Part shown: one piece after another, positions 60,001-64,000 of the stretch
How the letters are laid out: every line of letters begins with the position of its first letter
Numbering within the stretch: position 1 is the first letter of the stretch
Assembly (NCBI GenBank): GCA_051942245.1
Contig: JAVECL010000055.1
Location: 1 to 64,000, forward strand
Reading direction: 5' to 3'
Source: Trypethelium eluteriae
Taxonomy: Eukaryota
DNA length: 64,000 nt
Position numbers and translations under genes: made by a program
Notes under the pieces: model-generated
What the model was told of the DNA's origin: nothing
Seen by the model: only the letters and a program-made list of their open reading frames with translations
Databases searched by the model: none

Positions 60001-62620
60001 ACCTTCATTGAAGAAGGCGGCTGTGATCTGGCTGCTATGTTTGATCCAGTACTGCGGGCATCGGACAGAAGTTCAAGAACGCCTTCCAGCTTGCCAGGGA
60101 GCTTTTAAGCGCTGCCTGTCCGACCGCGATACGTTGGTCCAAGAATCCGCCTCTCGAGGTCTCGGTTTGGTCTATGAACATGGCGATCGTCAATTGAAAG
60201 ATGACCTCGTCCGAGATCTTGTCGGTTCCTTTTCGAGCGACAAGGCCCAGACTTCAGGAACGGTCACCGAAGACACCCAATTGTTTGAAGCTGGTGCACT
60301 TCCTACCGGCGACGGCAATAGCATCACAACGTATAAGGATATTATGAACCTCGCTGCAGAGGTTGGTGACTCTAGTCTCGTCTACCGCTTCATGTCCCTA
60401 GCCTCGAATAATGCGATATGGTCGACGAGGGCGGCCTTTGGGCGCTTTGGTCTAAGCAACGTCCTCTCGGATTCCAGTGTTGATGGGTACCTAGCCGAGA
60501 ATCCCAAGCTCTTTCCCAAGTTGTTTCGCTACCGCTTTGACCCGAACACCAACGTCCAGAGATCAATGAATGACATCTGGCATGCCCTCGTAAAGAATCC
60601 GACGGCGACTATTGATCATCATTTTGACGCCATGATGGAGGATTTGCTCCAAAGCATTCTTGGGAGAGAATGGCGAGCACGTCAAGCCTCGTGTGACGCA
60701 ATCGCGGATCTCATTCAAGCTCGTCCCGCCGAAAAATACGAGAAGTATCTCGGACGTGTCTGGACTCTCTGTTTCAAGGTAATGGACGACATTAAAGATT
60801 CCGTCAGAGTTGCGGCCGCTGGTCTTGCTCGCACCTTGACTGGCATTCTCACCCGTGGTCTGGAATCAAGCGCCTCTTCAGACAAGACCGTCGCGACTCT
60901 CAAGGACGTCTTGCCTTTCCTACTGTCCACTCAAGGTCTCGAGTCCTCCGCAGAAGACATCCGAATCTTTGCTCTCCACGCCCTCCTTGAGATTATCAAA
61001 AGGGCTAGCGCTCCTACCCTACGTCCTTTCATTCCCGAGTTGGTGGAGAAGATATTAGGGCTTCTCAGCACCATGGAGCCTGAAGCAGTCAATTATGTTC
61101 ACATGAATGCCCAACGATATAACCTCACAGAGCAAAGGATCGATGATATGCGTCTGGCTAGCGTCCGCGCCAGCCCGCTTATGGAAGCCGTCGAGCGCTG
61201 CCTGGACCTTCTCGACGATGCAACGATGAAAGCGCTCGTCCCGAAGATAGAATCAGCAATGAAGACCGCCGTTGGTATGCCAAGCAAAGCTGGTTGCAGC
61301 AGGATCTTAGTATCCCTAAGCACGCGACACAGCTTTGTGTTCCGCCCCCATTCAGATCACTTCTTAAACCTTGTCCAGAAGCTCATAATGGATCGAAACG
61401 AGACGGTCAGCTTGAGCTACGCAGCTAGTGGCGGGTACGTGGCGCGAGGTGCGAGTGACAAGGCTGTGATTCAGCTTGCTACATTCCTGAAGCAGAAGCT
61501 GTACTTCGGTTCTGGGGACGATCGCTCCAGACTAATCGCTGGTGAGCTCGTGCAGGCTGTGGCCAAACATGCATCTGATCGATTCAACAGTTTCGCTTCA
61601 GAATTTGTGCCATTCGTCTTCTTCGCAAAGCACGACAGCAATGATGCGATAAAGGACGTCTTCAGAGAAATCTGGGGTGAGCACGTTGGCGGCTCGAGAA
61701 CGGTGTCATTGCAATTACAGGAGATTCTCGGACTGGCTGCAGAGCATCTAGGGTCCTCAAGGTGGGTTCTGAAACATGCGGCGTCTCGAACAATAGCGGA
61801 TGTAGTAGATGCAATCACTGGGAACGTTGGACAGAGCATGAGTACTTCAGAGGCAGAGACTCTGTGGGAGCCACTCTGCACCGCTCTAAGCGGGAAGACA
61901 TGGGAGGGAAAGGAAGTGGTGTTAGAAGCTTTTGCGACGTTTGTGCAGAAAGGCCCGGGAGAGTTTCTATCAAAGAACAACGTCGCAGACGAGGTCAAAA
62001 AGATCGCTATGAGAGAAGCAAAGCGGCAGAACGAAGCTTACCGGCCCCATGCATATGCAGCTCTCGGTCGAGTTGCGGCAGCCCGGAAGGACCAAGACTT
62101 TGCGGTCGTTGATATCATAGGGTCTGTTATTGATCAACTCACGAACCCAGACGAGGATGCCATGGACATCGACTCCGGGAAGGGTTCTCAAAAAGACACG
62201 CTAAGGGATCTGACATTGGAAAATGCCATCGAGGCCCTGGCTCCTGGTGTCAACTTACAGGGCGAAGGAGCTTACGAATTTCTCGACATTGTGGGGAAAA
62301 CAGAAAACCTCAAACCTGTACCTACGACCATCTCTTCGGCAGTCTTCACGGCCAGTCGCGACCTCCTCAAGAGATCTCTGACCGAGAAAGTCAAATTGGG
62401 TTTCCAGGCGATTGCAAGGTTTGCGGATACACTCTTCGAGCCAGTTGACGGACCTGAACAGCTCCGTAAGGTGCGAGCAGGTGCCATTCTGGAGCTCAGT
62501 AAGGTAGAGATGGAGGCTGACGCGAAGAGTGAAATGATGGAGAAAGTCACGAAAGAGATTGAGAAAGAAGTTTCTCCTGCTGTAAAGCAGGAGCTAGAGC
62601 AGGCGAGGTTGAATCTCTGA
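57032..62620 (+). CDS. ECM29: Proteasome adaptor Ecm29 (HEAT repeats), 1862 aa, intronless
   Basis: ELSLVGKVELRIALA, YLAPLLLKLAS, TYKDIMNLAAEVGDSSLVYRFMSLA, KLFRYRFDPN, WRARQASC, KVMDDIKDSVR, GKTWEGKE. Confidence 0.95.
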   Translation: MASTQQSPEARELSLVGKVELRIALANTDTQLQDLLNTYLAPLLLKLASEHRAVRDKVITICHHIKSRIQPPSIKLPVSALLKQFKEHSHKPLVRQFDLQYIQQGLSRLSRSEQVDLLPDLIHGIARTSTSSLEHASQIFFLLLRVMTQYDLPPRESNQDRELQSQLQVAEEDVDFLRRRFGDLILFNPTPTKSVPGLTADEYKFLDSEERPQTWDQKSGGGLNLAETKYMICQWLTSDIFTHDQRLVPALFASADANPRVSELGDDLLKRTLPNINLEDEALINVLFGFYFGGPVTSPARAPLRIKILTLISKSLLSTTFADKIVQLVEDGLLSEQVERIMVRGRETTKMRTAIFNYINFVARQGTGSSTRAVAHKLVYALKDFIETQGWPVANPGEDCALRGLGYEIIGLFLKAGPPELLQEENLELLRWLFRSLREDNSGNSTSVSLEETLSTLMGAFSHVEDRDVEDSLRQFLLEQMNDLDQSDNAAARLGKPSFSRSTRYITVRFANRCLPYHDVVARWVDVLALEHGSQERHEVIEEAKKGLDPYWHLMNQSWDERSNRSGDVNQPQELRFPDFSSTASFFLGLVDHQNLPAADCYQESPGSAAALQGRQPAACSAAVRFCRQMLVVEAMTASEEPNISINADWERKVDLTVATSGAARLAILKALRVAEESESKNHHPVLELLKASSQCFQKFEGSSPGFADCRRQCGEIFIELCSLSSNAFLSPIISVALNLERQIEANDPQTRALAAQAFGILATHERSHWSRVFDVLHGLQKTCQISSTAVGAQVNKIHGALLALGFFFSRLSFRRGEAHEENWFQQNFDQFLKVLFAIVQKSKDALLLDATFTALDQVALFHAITPEMISKYVSLEELVLKVANTAKSGNEKAIACLAHLAMVIEGKDESEKAYVKSIEESLHDLHEIKQTESQFAVGEALSCLACGWDSKALATKIDVEASVPEISKRYQSALPQIIDRTLEDCRQTKPSLKKAAVIWLLCLIQYCGHRTEVQERLPACQGAFKRCLSDRDTLVQESASRGLGLVYEHGDRQLKDDLVRDLVGSFSSDKAQTSGTVTEDTQLFEAGALPTGDGNSITTYKDIMNLAAEVGDSSLVYRFMSLASNNAIWSTRAAFGRFGLSNVLSDSSVDGYLAENPKLFPKLFRYRFDPNTNVQRSMNDIWHALVKNPTATIDHHFDAMMEDLLQSILGREWRARQASCDAIADLIQARPAEKYEKYLGRVWTLCFKVMDDIKDSVRVAAAGLARTLTGILTRGLESSASSDKTVATLKDVLPFLLSTQGLESSAEDIRIFALHALLEIIKRASAPTLRPFIPELVEKILGLLSTMEPEAVNYVHMNAQRYNLTEQRIDDMRLASVRASPLMEAVERCLDLLDDATMKALVPKIESAMKTAVGMPSKAGCSRILVSLSTRHSFVFRPHSDHFLNLVQKLIMDRNETVSLSYAASGGYVARGASDKAVIQLATFLKQKLYFGSGDDRSRLIAGELVQAVAKHASDRFNSFASEFVPFVFFAKHDSNDAIKDVFREIWGEHVGGSRTVSLQLQEILGLAAEHLGSSRWVLKHAASRTIADVVDAITGNVGQSMSTSEAETLWEPLCTALSGKTWEGKEVVLEAFATFVQKGPGEFLSKNNVADEVKKIAMREAKRQNEAYRPHAYAALGRVAAARKDQDFAVVDIIGSVIDQLTNPDEDAMDIDSGKGSQKDTLRDLTLENAIEALAPGVNLQGEGAYEFLDIVGKTENLKPVPTTISSAVFTASRDLLKRSLTEKVKLGFQAIARFADTLFEPVDGPEQLRKVRAGAILELSKVEMEADAKSEMMEKVTKEIEKEVSPAVKQELEQARLNL

Positions 62621-63411
62621 AAGATTGTATTCTAGTAAAATGATGTCTGGGCAATCCCCAGTCGAATTCTCAAGTGAGCACTGCGTTGTGAATATGAAAC
62701 CATTCTTGCTTGTCACCGAATTCGCGTGAACTCATCATACCCGATTCAAAACAGGGCCTATTCCATCGAAAGTGACCTCATGTGTCTTTGGTTGTACTTT
62801 TGCGTCTGCGACTATCCGTGGGCGGATCAAGAAAATGTTGCATTTGCTTTTCTATTTCGAAGCGTGACGATTGTTGAATACCTTATGAGGTGGGACTATA
62901 AGATTGGGTGACGCCTGCCCGTGCATGCAAACGCTGCGTCATCGGAGCAAACGCCGGCGTCTCTGTGCAAACCCCAGATCAACTCTGACCAAACTGTCTT
63001 ATTGTGTCTCTCATCCTTTAAGACCTACTTCACTATCCGGGCCTATCGCTCGTCTTCCTCAATTACAATACTCCCTTCAGACTCGGAACAGGCTTAGGCT
63101 AAAGCTTCCCTGCACACTCGCTGACTCCAAGGAGAGGCAGCCACGCCACACGTAATCCCTGCGAAGCATGTCCACATCCTTCTAAAAATTGAGGATACCA
63201 CGCGTCAACCGTCGCTGCCTTTTGCGGAGCTGTTCGATCAGTCACCTAGCTCTGAAACTATCTATTTCCATTCATCAACATTCGCTACCGTCCCGTGGTC
63301 TGGCTTGTATCGCTTGATTGGTACTGATCTAGTGACGACTTCATCCCACTTTCTTTTGGCCTTGCGCCACTCCTCCTGGGGACTCCGTCTGTCCCGCAAA
63401 AAATTATCACA

Positions 63412-64000
63412 ATGGTATCGGCTGAAGCTATCGATCAGTTCGTTGAGCTCACTGCTGCCGATCGTCAAAAAGCATCACAATACCTTTCTGTTTCCGATGA
63501 TAACCTCGAACAAGCAGTCCAGTTATTCTTTGAGACTGGTGGAATCGACCTGGGTACTCAGACAGCGGCAGCACCGCCTTCTCAACATGGACCGAGCAAT
63601 CCAATTCCAGTTGACTCCGACTCCGACGATGTACAGATGAGCGACGGCCCCCACTCTCAAGCACAACAAGCTCCTGTGGCCTCATATGAAGATGATGAAG
63701 CTATGGCGCGCCGGTTACAAGAGGAGGCATACGGTGCGGGAGCATCAAGCGGTGGAAATGTGGATGAGGAGGGAGTACGAGCACCCATAGGCAGAACGAC
63801 AGAAACGCTAGTTGGTGGACCGGCAGATTGGAGAAGCGATCCCGATGAAATGCGGGCTGCCATCGCAGAGCAGATGATGACTCGGCAACAGCGGCGCGGT
63901 GCTGGCAGGCCGTCAATATTTAATCAGCAGCCGTCGGTCTGGGAGAACAGGGAAGAAATGCCAAATCCTCGCGTACCCATTGACACCACCGGCGGCTCAA
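63412..64000 (+). CDS. UBX5: UBX-domain Cdc48 cofactor (Ubx5/UBXN7-like), 5' part; runs off the window
   Basis: Open frame from ATG 63412 (absent from the ORF track because it has no stop): UBA-like MVSAEAIDQFVELTAADRQKASQYLSVSDDNLEQAVQLFFE, UIM EDDEAMARRLQEE, VRAPIGRTTETLV. The UAS and UBX domains lie outside the window. Confidence 0.8.
   Translation, partial: MVSAEAIDQFVELTAADRQKASQYLSVSDDNLEQAVQLFFETGGIDLGTQTAAAPPSQHGPSNPIPVDSDSDDVQMSDGPHSQAQQAPVASYEDDEAMARRLQEEAYGAGASSGGNVDEEGVRAPIGRTTETLVGGPADWRSDPDEMRAAIAEQMMTRQQRRGAGRPSIFNQQPSVWENREEMPNPRVPIDTTGGS

Noticed and set aside
1..64000. Stop-codon readthrough to a peroxisomal signal (TGA-CTA), TPP riboswitch, tRNA, snRNA or rRNA genes, CRISPR arrays
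   Set aside because: The stop contexts checked lack TGA-CTA, and no diagnostic RNA motifs or spaced repeats were recognised by eye. A covariance-model scan would be needed to exclude small RNAs.

Overview
Gene-dense region of a filamentous ascomycete (Pezizomycotina) genome: GT-AG introns with CTRAC branch sites, no rRNA, tRNA, CRISPR or intact transposon recognised. Gene order: ankyrin relic; divergent secreted GH20/GH35 pair; decayed ankyrin (probably NACHT-ANK) gene; C2H2 transcription factor with a uORF-rich spliced leader; 1480-aa low-complexity protein; small secreted protein; trehalose synthase regulatory subunit (TPS3/TSL1-like); ornithine decarboxylase (SPE1); HeLo-like N-domain protein; FCF1; CSI2/PRM5-like membrane protein; SesB-NB-ARC-TPR NLR pseudogene; 2OG-Fe(II) oxygenase; BEM3-like RhoGAP; SDR; cytochrome P450; and the tandem PRE10, ECM29 and UBX5-like genes. 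Main highlights: (1) a non-AUG upstream coding region ending Pro-Pro-stop in the AUG-free ODC leader, a likely polyamine sensor; (2) three adjacent ubiquitin-proteasome genes with PACE-like motifs; (3) an intronless GH20/GH35 cassette flanked on both sides by same-strand ankyrin relics; (4) an intron-split uORF upstream of the C2H2 factor; (5) abrupt C-rich to G-rich switches inside several coding regions. Exon boundaries were inferred by eye, and family assignments come from motif recognition, not database searches.
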